Shown here: piece after piece, positions 20,373 to 29,223 of the stretch
How positions within the stretch are numbered: the stretch's first letter is position 1
Layout: each line of letters opens with the position of its first letter
Assembly (NCBI GenBank): GCA_963719505.1
Contig: CAVRCF010000001.1
Coordinates: forward strand, 320,001-384,000
Reading direction: 5' to 3'
DNA: 64,000 bases
Source of the DNA: Halobacteriovoraceae bacterium
GTDB lineage: Bacteria; Bdellovibrionota; Bacteriovoracia; Bacteriovoracales; Bacteriovoracaceae
Translations under genes and position numbers: made by a program
The notes under the pieces: generated by a model
Told to the model about the DNA's origin: nothing
The model's database searches: none
The model's input: only the letters and a program-made list of their open reading frames with translations

Positions 20373-21119
20373 CTATAATGTCGTTACTGGAGCTGAAGCG
20401 AGTAAAGCCGTACAGACTCCCTTAGCTACATCTCTTGTTGTGTTTGGTGAATTTAGGTTTATGTTGTCACCCTGTACAAGGTCGTCAATGAGCAAACTCA
20501 TCTGTGTTATCGCTACCTGCTCAACCTCAAGGGGTTGAACATTTCTTCCCCAAAATCTGTCAATAAAATCTCTTATCATTACCAACTTTCCGTTTGGTCC
20601 AAGAGCCTGATTAGGAGATTGAGAAATATTAAAATTTGTAAAGAATGAATTATAAAGTGCAGATCTATTAAATAATGAATGACAAAATTCAGCTGCAAGT
20701 TTTATTGTTGCAATTTGGTGAGCGGTTCCAAAGTTTTTAATACTGGCATCAAACGGTAGCTGAGTTTTTAAATCCTCGTATGTTCCTCTTAATGTATTGT
20801 CTTCAAGTGGGTCTACACTTGTTAAGACTTGATATGTAACATAGATAGCTTCAAAGTCTTTCACCCCAACGTCTGTTACTAATCTTGCTACTTCTGTTGC
20901 TCCAGCTTCTTGAAATTCACCCGATCCTCCTGGAGGAAGTGTTCCACCAGAATTAATTGGAGTATCGTGATATTCGTCAACGTCGCCACCACCGTTACTC
21001 TTTACAACCGGTGCATCGTATTGTTGGACAACACATTGGTTAAAAGTAAAAAACATCGTGCAAAGAAGACCTAATGAAATTAGCTTCCATACATTTTTAT
21101 TATGAAAATTAATCTTCAT
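20373..21119 (-). CDS. Hypothetical lipoprotein (helical; DUF1592/1595-like elements)
   Basis: Signal ending FNQC; FIDRFWGR helix; C-terminal VCTALLAS; within operon. Confidence 0.6.
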   Translation of the reverse strand: MKINFHNKNVWKLISLGLLCTMFFTFNQCVVQQYDAPVVKSNGGGDVDEYHDTPINSGGTLPPGGSGEFQEAGATEVARLVTDVGVKDFEAIYVTYQVLTSVDPLEDNTLRGTYEDLKTQLPFDASIKNFGTAHQIATIKLAAEFCHSLFNRSALYNSFFTNFNISQSPNQALGPNGKLVMIRDFIDRFWGRNVQPLEVEQVAITQMSLLIDDLVQGDNINLNSPNTTRDVAKGVCTALLASAPVTTL

Positions 21120-22326
21120 GCTTATCTCCTACACATTTCGCAACCGTTTTAACGAAAAGGTTTTTCATATTGTATTGATCGTTGCTCTCAAACTCGCTGG
21201 CCATTTGTTCGATGAAAGATTCATCTTCATCACCAGGAGATTTCACACAAACTAATTTAAAAACTTTTTTAGACATACAAACTGAGAACTGCCTAGACAT
21301 TGTTAGCATTTTTCCAAAATCGCTAGCACCATTTCCGGTTTGAGGACCTCTAAAACCTAGGTTTGAATTTTGTCCATCAGCCCAAAGGTTGATCCAGCTA
21401 TCATCCGTTGTTACGTAGCCTCCAGGAAATTCAGGCTCGTGGTTCATTTTACTATTCACACCATTATCATAGCGAAGTCTTCCACCTCTGAAGTCATAGT
21501 GTGCAAAAGCGCCACCTAGAGCATCTTGTCCAGCATGGCATCCAACGCAAGTATTCTTGTAGGTTCTTGAGTCTCCACCCGGATTTCTAGGAACATCTCT
21601 TCGTACTCTATAGTCTGGAGTGGTTGTGTCATGCAGGTCTTCAAAGTCCTTACACATAAAATTCATAAACGCATATCTAGTCATTCTTCTATTGGTACCA
21701 GCAGTGTAAAATGCCTCAGCACCAGCTCTTGAAGAAAAGATACCAGCACTTCCGTCTCGACCACCGGCCATTACGTTTACCTCATCTCTTCTATTATTAT
21801 CTTGTATATTATTTTCTGTTTGAATAACTTGTGTCTGTCTTCTTTCAACGAGGTTATCTTTTAATGAAAGATTTCTCCTCTCCATTTCTCTGTAATGATC
21901 ATTACTTGTTCTTCTAAAGTTGAAGTTTTGATTCCCCATACTTGGACCAACGTAAACAAGATCGTCATAAAGAGCTCTGGTAAAAGGTTTACCTGGCTGA
22001 TCACTATCTCGAATCGCTCCAATAAGTGTCGCCACCATATCATTGAGATCAACAGCCTTTGCTCTTTCTTGATTCGAAAAGGGTTTAAGCCAATTTTTAA
22101 GTTGTACGTCATAAAAGTAGCGACTCTGAATCGCTATCTTAGCGGCTTCTTCTAAACCTCTATCACCTGGGAACTGATTAATTTGGCTCTCCATTTGATT
22201 TAAGGTGGTACTTCCTGGCATAGGAGGTACACCTGTTAGGCGATTGTGAATATCCCAAGCTTTAAGTCTCGACTCTGTCGCCATAGCACTTGATGATAGT
22301 AAAATTAATAGCATTATTTTTTTCAT
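21109..22326 (-). CDS. Secreted mono-heme protein, DUF1588/DUF1585-like
   Basis: Sec signal ending AMA; GIFS...NRR...FMC, CVGCH..DAL..AF..YD, C-terminal F..CM.KKVF...YNMKNLF. Confidence 0.65.
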   Translation of the reverse strand: MKKIMLLILLSSSAMATESRLKAWDIHNRLTGVPPMPGSTTLNQMESQINQFPGDRGLEEAAKIAIQSRYFYDVQLKNWLKPFSNQERAKAVDLNDMVATLIGAIRDSDQPGKPFTRALYDDLVYVGPSMGNQNFNFRRTSNDHYREMERRNLSLKDNLVERRQTQVIQTENNIQDNNRRDEVNVMAGGRDGSAGIFSSRAGAEAFYTAGTNRRMTRYAFMNFMCKDFEDLHDTTTPDYRVRRDVPRNPGGDSRTYKNTCVGCHAGQDALGGAFAHYDFRGGRLRYDNGVNSKMNHEPEFPGGYVTTDDSWINLWADGQNSNLGFRGPQTGNGASDFGKMLTMSRQFSVCMSKKVFKLVCVKSPGDEDESFIEQMASEFESNDQYNMKNLFVKTVAKCVGDKHED

Positions 22327-22347
22327 ATTTTAGTCTCCAACATCTAC

Positions 22348-22375
22348 CTGTCGGAGAAATTTTAAGAAATCTTTA
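22348..22375 (-). promoter_or_regulatory. Possible sigma28-like promoter of the heme operon
   Basis: Minus strand TAAA-N16-TCCGACAG, with the spacer one base longer than consensus. Confidence 0.3.
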
Positions 22376-22415
22376 TTGAACTTTATATAAGTGAATAATT
22401 TTCCGATAACTTTCC

Positions 22416-23240
22416 ATGAGAAAAATTTTTGCTGTTAATCTTTTATTATTTTCATTGGTTGTTTTAGTTGATCAATTAACTAAGACATATATCGGTGGCA
22501 TTGTCGGTATTCATCAGAATCATGGCTTATTCCTAGGTAGTTTTTCAAATTCACCGATAGCCTTTCGAGTTATAACCCTTGTTACATTTTCAGGTTTTCT
22601 GTTTTTTCTTTATTTTGTCTCTCTCTATCTCTTTCCTAATAAAATCAAAACTCTCAAGTACTCACTCAGTCTTATTCTCGGTGGAATTGTTGGTAATGTC
22701 TTAGATAGACTGCTTTTAGGCTACACTCGAGACTTCATTCCCTTTAAGCTTTATAGCTTTCAATCATTTTTCAATGCTTCAGATGTTTTTTTGGCCTTTG
22801 GATGCTTGGGTGTTATCTTTATTATTTTCAAGTACGATAATCTCATATGGATCCCGGATAATAATAGAGCAAATTATTTGGTTAATCCCAAAGAGCAGCT
22901 GAGACTTGCTTTTAAGTTTTTTATGGCTTCAATTTTAACGTCAGTATTTTTTGGGATTTTCTCTTTTTCCTTTCTAAGCGTCTATTTGAATGCTCCCTCA
23001 TCAGTTATTAGAGACTTTATAACCATCTTCTGTATCCTCTCAATTATTTTTGCGCTGAGCACATTTGTCTTGGGAATTTTTGTCTCTCACCGTTCTCAAG
23101 GACCTCTGTATGCCTTTGAGTCTTATGTAGAGAAGCTAATCGAAGGAAAGAGCTATAAGCTCAAACTTAGAGAGGGAGATAACAATAAGCATTTAGAAAA
23201 AGTCGCTCTCAAACTATATAATCATTTTATTAAGAAATAA
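22416..23240 (+). CDS. Lipoprotein signal peptidase II (LspA) fused to a C-terminal 2TM-HAMP-like module
   Basis: DQLTK, GGIVGNVLDR, RDFI, FNASD motifs; C-terminal TM pair then SHRSQGPLY...LREGD. Confidence 0.75.
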   Translation: MRKIFAVNLLLFSLVVLVDQLTKTYIGGIVGIHQNHGLFLGSFSNSPIAFRVITLVTFSGFLFFLYFVSLYLFPNKIKTLKYSLSLILGGIVGNVLDRLLLGYTRDFIPFKLYSFQSFFNASDVFLAFGCLGVIFIIFKYDNLIWIPDNNRANYLVNPKEQLRLAFKFFMASILTSVFFGIFSFSFLSVYLNAPSSVIRDFITIFCILSIIFALSTFVLGIFVSHRSQGPLYAFESYVEKLIEGKSYKLKLREGDNNKHLEKVALKLYNHFIKK

Positions 23241-23276
23241 TTGGTTTTTTAGTCCACCTTTAATTACAATTATTTC

Positions 23277-24440
23277 ATGCATTTTATCATTTTTCTCATC
23301 ATTCTCTTTTCGGGAAGCGCACAGGCCTACCCCAACTTTATTTCTAAGGGTTATCACGCTTGTTTAACATGCCATTATAACCCATTTGGAAATGGACCTT
23401 TAAATGACTATGGTCGTGCACTTGGAGCTAGTGCGATTGCAGATAGATTATTTATTCCTGACTCGGTAACGGATGAGAAGCTAGCAGAAAACTCAGGGTT
23501 TTTCTTTTCTAAACCTTCTCAGAAATATATTCGCCCTTCAATAGATTACAGAGGAATGCAATTAAACAGAGGAATTGATCAGGATGATCCAGATCGCCGC
23601 TATATTAATATGCAAATAGATCTCTCCCTTACGGCTAAATTTGGAAAAACTGACAACTATATCGCAACCTTTACTCACGGAATTGTTCCAGATAACTCAG
23701 CAAGGCCTATAGATGGCAAAACGCAAGAGTTAAACTACACTCGTGAGGCTTACGTTGGATACAGGCCTGTCCCTTCTCTAGGGTTTTATGTCGGTAAAAT
23801 GGATAAGGTTTTTGGTATTCGTATTCCGGATCATAATGCCTACTCGCGCCTTTCAACAAACCTCAATCAATACTCAGCATCCACTGGTGTTATGGTTCAT
23901 TACGGTGAGGAGAAGTTTGATTTTGGAATACAATACTTCAATGGTGAAGGTGATATCGAAAAGAGAGATAATGAGCAAACTAGAGGTTTTACGACACTTT
24001 TTGAGTATTCTATCTTTACGGACTATCGAATAGGAGCCTCCCTTTTAACAGAAGAGGACATTAATAATAATAAAAAAGATATAGCCGCTTTTATCTTTAA
24101 AGCCAGAGTTGGAAAGGCTTCCTCTTTAATGCTTGAGACTGGGCAGATCAATAATGAACTTGTCTCTTCTGGCGAGAGCTCTTCCCGTTATATATTTATG
24201 CAAAACCACTTAAATCTAAAAAGAGGGATGAATTTTCTTTTTACTTATCAATACCTACAAGCAGATATAGATAAAGAATCTGAGATTTTTATTTATGCAC
24301 CGGGTTTTCAGTACTACCCTTGGCAAAGGGTGGAATTAAGAGCTGAAATTCAAAACCAAAGAGTAGTGGATGAAGACTCCAACACTCCGGTTGCGAGTGA
24401 TTCGTGGTCATTTCTAGGACAGGTTCACTTATGGTTTTAA
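23277..24440 (+). CDS. Outer-membrane beta-barrel with N-terminal CxxCH heme motif
   Basis: Signal ending AQA; CLTCH near the mature N-terminus; beta-strand pattern ending QVHLWF. Confidence 0.65.
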   Translation: MHFIIFLIILFSGSAQAYPNFISKGYHACLTCHYNPFGNGPLNDYGRALGASAIADRLFIPDSVTDEKLAENSGFFFSKPSQKYIRPSIDYRGMQLNRGIDQDDPDRRYINMQIDLSLTAKFGKTDNYIATFTHGIVPDNSARPIDGKTQELNYTREAYVGYRPVPSLGFYVGKMDKVFGIRIPDHNAYSRLSTNLNQYSASTGVMVHYGEEKFDFGIQYFNGEGDIEKRDNEQTRGFTTLFEYSIFTDYRIGASLLTEEDINNNKKDIAAFIFKARVGKASSLMLETGQINNELVSSGESSSRYIFMQNHLNLKRGMNFLFTYQYLQADIDKESEIFIYAPGFQYYPWQRVELRAEIQNQRVVDEDSNTPVASDSWSFLGQVHLWF

Positions 24441-25465
24441 AATTTTTACTTATTTTCTTTATTTGTAGCTCTACTCTTCTAGCAAGACCTTCTGGTCGCT
24501 CAATGCAATTACAGTTGGCGCAAAAATACTATAAGAAAAAAATGTATCGTAAAAGTATCATCAGCTTGAAGAAATCTTTTAACTTGAAAAGAACTAAAAG
24601 TACCCCAACACCAGTGATCCAATTATTGGCGCTCAATTATCTTAAATTAAAAAAGCATAAAGTAGCTTCTCGATTTTTCCATATTGTCATAAGAAGAAAC
24701 TACAGAGAAAAGCACATCCAAGTTTTAAGATCTTTGAGTACTGGTGGACTAGGTGATATCGATATTCCCCAGAAGCTTTTACGTATTTATTATCATTTAG
24801 GTCAGATCTATTACAAAATATTCTTCAAAACAAAATCGATTCCTTACTACCGAGCCAGTGAGAAATATTTTAAGATTTGTGAGGAGAAAGAACATCTCGA
24901 TGATAACGCTACTGAATATATCGACAGCCTTGCTGCGATCAAGACACTTATCGACAAGAAGGAATTTACAAGTAAATGGTTTGCCACGATTGGAGCTTTA
25001 AATTGGCAAGAGAAACTTGAACTTGTTAACTCTACAAATGGCAATACAACCAAGCTTTTATCAAACGCCAAAGCACTTTGTGTCGGTGGTGGTTACCGCT
25101 ATACCAACGCCTATCATGGTGTTGAGATTTCGTCTTGCTTCTACTCCGGAGCCGCTAACATCAGTGCCGACAACACTGCAACCTACTCTCAAGATGGCGT
25201 AGCAGTCTCCGGGTTTCTCATCGATAGTGGATACGTTTTTAAACCTTACTCAGAAAAAGTTGCTATGATTTTCTCGATTCCACTTTTTTACAGAGATGGA
25301 GATTATACGCAGCCGGACAATTTTTCTATCCCCGGAAAAGGTCAACTAAGTGCTGGTTTATTCGTTAAAGCACGCTATGAAATGCCAATTATCGATCTCA
25401 TTTTTAGTATTGGAAATATGGGTAGTACAAACGTTTTAATGCTGCAAACTGGTTATACATTTTAG
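24431..25465 (+). CDS. Exported TPR-like + C-terminal beta-barrel protein
   Basis: Signal peptide; TPR-like helices (YYHLGQIYY); beta-rich C-terminus ending GYTF; start set to ATG 24431. Confidence 0.55.
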   Translation: MVLKFLLIFFICSSTLLARPSGRSMQLQLAQKYYKKKMYRKSIISLKKSFNLKRTKSTPTPVIQLLALNYLKLKKHKVASRFFHIVIRRNYREKHIQVLRSLSTGGLGDIDIPQKLLRIYYHLGQIYYKIFFKTKSIPYYRASEKYFKICEEKEHLDDNATEYIDSLAAIKTLIDKKEFTSKWFATIGALNWQEKLELVNSTNGNTTKLLSNAKALCVGGGYRYTNAYHGVEISSCFYSGAANISADNTATYSQDGVAVSGFLIDSGYVFKPYSEKVAMIFSIPLFYRDGDYTQPDNFSIPGKGQLSAGLFVKARYEMPIIDLIFSIGNMGSTNVLMLQTGYTF

Positions 25466-25507
25466 AGTTCTCGTTGTATAAAATTCCTATATAACGAGGA
25501 GCAAAAT

Positions 25508-27165
25508 ATGAGTAATATTCCACTACCACCAACTGGATCAAAGCTAACCTGTAAAGGATGGCATCAAGAAGCCGCTTTACGCTGCCTATTAAACAATCTT
25601 CACCCTGAAGTTGCTGAGGATCGAGAGAATTTGATTGTCTATGGCGGTAATGGTCAAGCTGCTAGAAATCATAAGGCACTTGCAGATATTATATCAACCT
25701 TAAAAAGTTTAGAAAATGACGAAACATTGCTCGTTCAATCGGGAAAACCTGTTGCCGTTTTTCCAAGTAATCCTCAATGGCCCCAGAGTTCTTAATTGCC
25801 AATTCTAACTTAGTTCCAGAATGGGCGAACTGGGATCACTTTAATAAACTCAAAGATGAAAATAAAATGATGTACGGTCAAATGACTGCTGGATCTTGGA
25901 TATATATTGGCTCACAGGGAATTCTTCAAGGAACCTACGAGACATTTATGGCCGCTGCCAAAAAGCATTGGAATAAAGAAGATATGAAAGGAATCTTAGC
26001 TCTCTCGGCTGGAATAGGTGGTATGGGCGGAGCCCAGCCTCTAGCAGTTAAGATGGCCGGTGGAGTTTTTCTAGGCTGTGATGCCGAAATGTGGAGAATC
26101 AAAAAGAGACTCGATACCAAATACGTTGATGAGTTCTTCGAGGATTGGGATAAAGCTATAGAGAGATCTCTTGAAGCAAAGAAAAATGAAGAATCAGTCT
26201 CAATTTGTGTTGAAGGAAATGCTGCCGACTTTTTTAAATACGTCTACGATAAAAAAATAGTGCCTGACCTTGTTACAGATCAGACATCTGCTCATGACCC
26301 TTTAAATGGATATATTCCAAATGGAATGCCTATTGAAGAAGCAAATAAGCTCAGAAAAACTAATCCAGCGAAATATACTGAACTGTCTTATCAAACGATG
26401 AGAGCTCATGTTGAGGCGATGCTCCTTTTCCAAAAAGCAGGATCTCATGTTTTTGACTATGGGAATAACCTCAGAGCAGGGGCAAAGAAGGTTGGGCTAG
26501 AAAATGCTTTTGATTTTCCAGGCTTTGTTCCCGCTTATATTAGACCTCTTTTCTGCGAAGGAAGTGGCCCCTTTAGATGGATCGCTCTGTCTGGAGACCC
26601 AGAAGATATTTATGAAACAGATAGAGCTTTGATGGAACTCTTTCCAGATAATAAACCCCTTCACAATTGGCTCACCAAAGCTAAAGAGATGATTCAATTT
26701 CAGGGTCTTCCTTCAAGAATTTGTTGGTTAAAATATGGAGACAGAGAAAAAGCGGCTCTTTTATTTAACAAACTGGTGAAAGAGGGAAAAGTAAAAGCTC
26801 CAATCGTGATTGGCCGAGATCACCTAGACTGTGGAAGTGTCGCGAGTCCTAATCGCGAAACAGAAGCAATGAAAGATGGAACAGATGCTGTTTCTGATTG
26901 GCCTCTTCTTAACGCTTTTATCAATATCAATAATGGAGCCTCTTGGATAAGCTTTCACCACGGTGGTGGTGTAGGAATGGGCTTTTCTCAGCACTCCGGA
27001 ATGGTTATTGTCGCAGACGGATCAGAAGAAATGGACAGAAGACTCTCTCTTGTTCTAAACAGTGATCCCGGGATGGGAATTGTTCGCCACGCTGATGCTG
27101 GGTACGAAACCTCAATAGAAGTAGCCAAAGACAAAAGCACAAAGATAAAGTTTCCAAGTTTATGA
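25508..27165 (+). CDS. hutU: Urocanate hydratase (frame break at ~25775-25795)
   Basis: [39 protein letters not shown] motifs, split across two ORFs. Confidence 0.93.
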
Positions 27166-28376
27166 ATATCATAAGAAACATAAATCAGATTCTTACTTTA
27201 GAAAGTGCAGCAAAAAAAGAAGGAAGAAATCTTCAACCTAGTGACCTTGATCTTATCTCAGACGGGGCAATTGTTTTTGACGATAAAACGATTCACTGGG
27301 TGGGTAAAGATAAAGACCTTCCCTCATCATATCAAAACCTTCCATCCAAAGACGGATCTGGCTTAGTTATAACTCCTGGCTTAGTAGACTCGCACACCCA
27401 TTTAGTCTTTGGAGGTGATCGAGCATTCGAATACACCATGAGATTGAATGGAGATGACTATCAAGATATAGCAAATGCAGGCGGTGGAATTTTATCCACT
27501 ATGGAAAAAACAAAGAACACCTCTAGGGAGAAGCTTTTCCAAGATGCTTGTGAAAGAATAGAGCGAATCTCTACCTATGGCGTTCGTGGGATCGAAGTAA
27601 AAAGTGGGTACGCACTCACCTATGAAAAAGAGAAAGAATTATCCTTAATAATCAACGATCTTAAAAATCATTTTAAAGGCAAAATGATTATTCACAATAC
27701 CTTTATGGCCGCACATGCTGTCCCGAAAAATTTTTCCTCGTCGAAAGATTACATGGAGAGCGTTGTCATTCCCCTTCTCGAAGATGAAGATATCAACGGG
27801 GTAATTGACTCTGTAGATATTTTTCACGAAGAGGGTTATTTTTCTTCCGAAGATGTTGAATTACTTTTTGAAAAATGCAAAGAACATAAAATCAATACTC
27901 GAATTCATGCTGATGAATTTAACGACAATAAAGGAGCCGTTCTTGCTAGTCGCTTTAATTCTTTAAGTGCAGACCATTTACTTGCTACTAATCTTGAAGG
28001 TGCCAAAGCGCTTTCAAAGTCCAAGACTATTGCAACTATTTTACCCGGTACTGCATTTTTTCTTGGGAAACCACTTGCAAACGCTCGAATGTTTCTCGAT
28101 GAGGGATGTGCCGTAGCAATCGCATCAGATTACAATCCAGGCTCATGCCACTGCGATAATCTTTTAATGGTTGCCTCTATTAGTGCAAAATCTCTAGGGT
28201 TAAATATTGCAGAACTTTGGGCCGCAATGACTTTAAATGCATCAAAGTCTATTGCAAGAGAAGATATAGGAAGCATTCAAGTTGGGAAAACTCCCCTTTT
28301 TAGCTTTTTTAAAACTGAAAATATTGATCAGATAACTTACAGTTGGGGACGGAATTTTTCAGTGACTAACTTTTAG
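27162..28376 (+). CDS. hutI: Imidazolonepropionase
   Basis: [32 protein letters not shown] motifs. Confidence 0.95.
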   Translation: MNIIRNINQILTLESAAKKEGRNLQPSDLDLISDGAIVFDDKTIHWVGKDKDLPSSYQNLPSKDGSGLVITPGLVDSHTHLVFGGDRAFEYTMRLNGDDYQDIANAGGGILSTMEKTKNTSREKLFQDACERIERISTYGVRGIEVKSGYALTYEKEKELSLIINDLKNHFKGKMIIHNTFMAAHAVPKNFSSSKDYMESVVIPLLEDEDINGVIDSVDIFHEEGYFSSEDVELLFEKCKEHKINTRIHADEFNDNKGAVLASRFNSLSADHLLATNLEGAKALSKSKTIATILPGTAFFLGKPLANARMFLDEGCAVAIASDYNPGSCHCDNLLMVASISAKSLGLNIAELWAAMTLNASKSIAREDIGSIQVGKTPLFSFFKTENIDQITYSWGRNFSVTNF

Positions 28377-28941
28377 ATTCTAAAGCTTTTTTGATTTTGT
28401 AGACAAATTTTTCTTCAACAAAGTCAAATTCCTCATTGGTAAAAAATATAACCTTTCCATTTTTGAAAACAATAGATGCTGGTATTTTTTGAATTCTAAA
28501 TTTATTTGTTACTTGATATTTCATATCGTTAACCGACTCAAATTTTAACTCATATTTTTTTTCAATTTTTACAATTTCCTTCTCTGGTGATTCATCGTCA
28601 TTATTGATACCGATAACGACCAAGTCTTTATTATCAATTTGCTTTATCAATTTATTCAAAGCAGCAAACTCAGAGACACATGGCCTACACCAACTGGCCC
28701 AAAAATTTAAAATTACAACCTTATCTTTTAAAGCACTTGCTGAGACCTCTGTCCCCTTTGTTGTTTTTAAATCTAGGTTTTCATAGACCTTTTCAAAACT
28801 TGAGTATTTCGCTTCTTTATCAGAAACCTTCTGTGCCGTTGATTTTGGTCCATTGAATATCATTTGAAGCACTAGCATCATGCCAAATAGACTTGTGAGA
28901 GCGATTGCTGGAAAAAATTTCTTCATATCTATAACCTTCAA
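28366..28941 (-). CDS. TlpA/ResA-family membrane-anchored thiol-disulfide oxidoreductase
   Basis: LNFWASWCRPC motif; N-terminal TM. Confidence 0.88.
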   Translation of the reverse strand: MKVIDMKKFFPAIALTSLFGMMLVLQMIFNGPKSTAQKVSDKEAKYSSFEKVYENLDLKTTKGTEVSASALKDKVVILNFWASWCRPCVSEFAALNKLIKQIDNKDLVVIGINNDDESPEKEIVKIEKKYELKFESVNDMKYQVTNKFRIQKIPASIVFKNGKVIFFTNEEFDFVEEKFVYKIKKALESKS

Positions 28942-28998
28942 TTAACGAGAAAATTGTATAATAATTCCCATAACTTTAAAATACGGATTTAATTACCT

Positions 28999-29220
28999 AT
29001 GGAAATAAAAGAGACTATACACGATGAAATCGAACATGAAAAACTGTTAGATGAAAGCGGACAAACACTCGTGGAATTCGTTCTTCTCCTTCTCATTGTC
29101 ATGTCTATCTCTTTTGTTTACATGAGTGTCGTTAACAGAGGCATTGCTGACTATTGGCAAGCAATGGGCAATATCCTTTTAAAAGACGTTCCACAAAAAC
29201 AATCTCTTAAGCTAAGGTAA
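28999..29220 (+). CDS. TadE/Flp-like prepilin
   Basis: Class III signal ESG|QTLVEF followed by a hydrophobic helix. Confidence 0.65.
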   Translation: MEIKETIHDEIEHEKLLDESGQTLVEFVLLLLIVMSISFVYMSVVNRGIADYWQAMGNILLKDVPQKQSLKLR

Positions 29221-29223
29221 AAG

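Noticed and set aside
22383-22409. sigma28 promoter for the lspA fusion (TCCGATAA at 22402)
   Set aside because: No TAAA -35 element at the right spacing and only 6 bp before the ATG
17670-25465. Genomic island, prophage or defence system
   Set aside because: No integrase, transposase, att-like repeats, phage or nuclease motifs recognised; composition looks similar to the flanks by eye
25770-25800. Programmed frameshift or pseudogene in hutU
   Set aside because: No clear slippery site; the local sequence needs more than one indel to restore the APRVLIAN-type motif; similar indels elsewhere point to sequencing error
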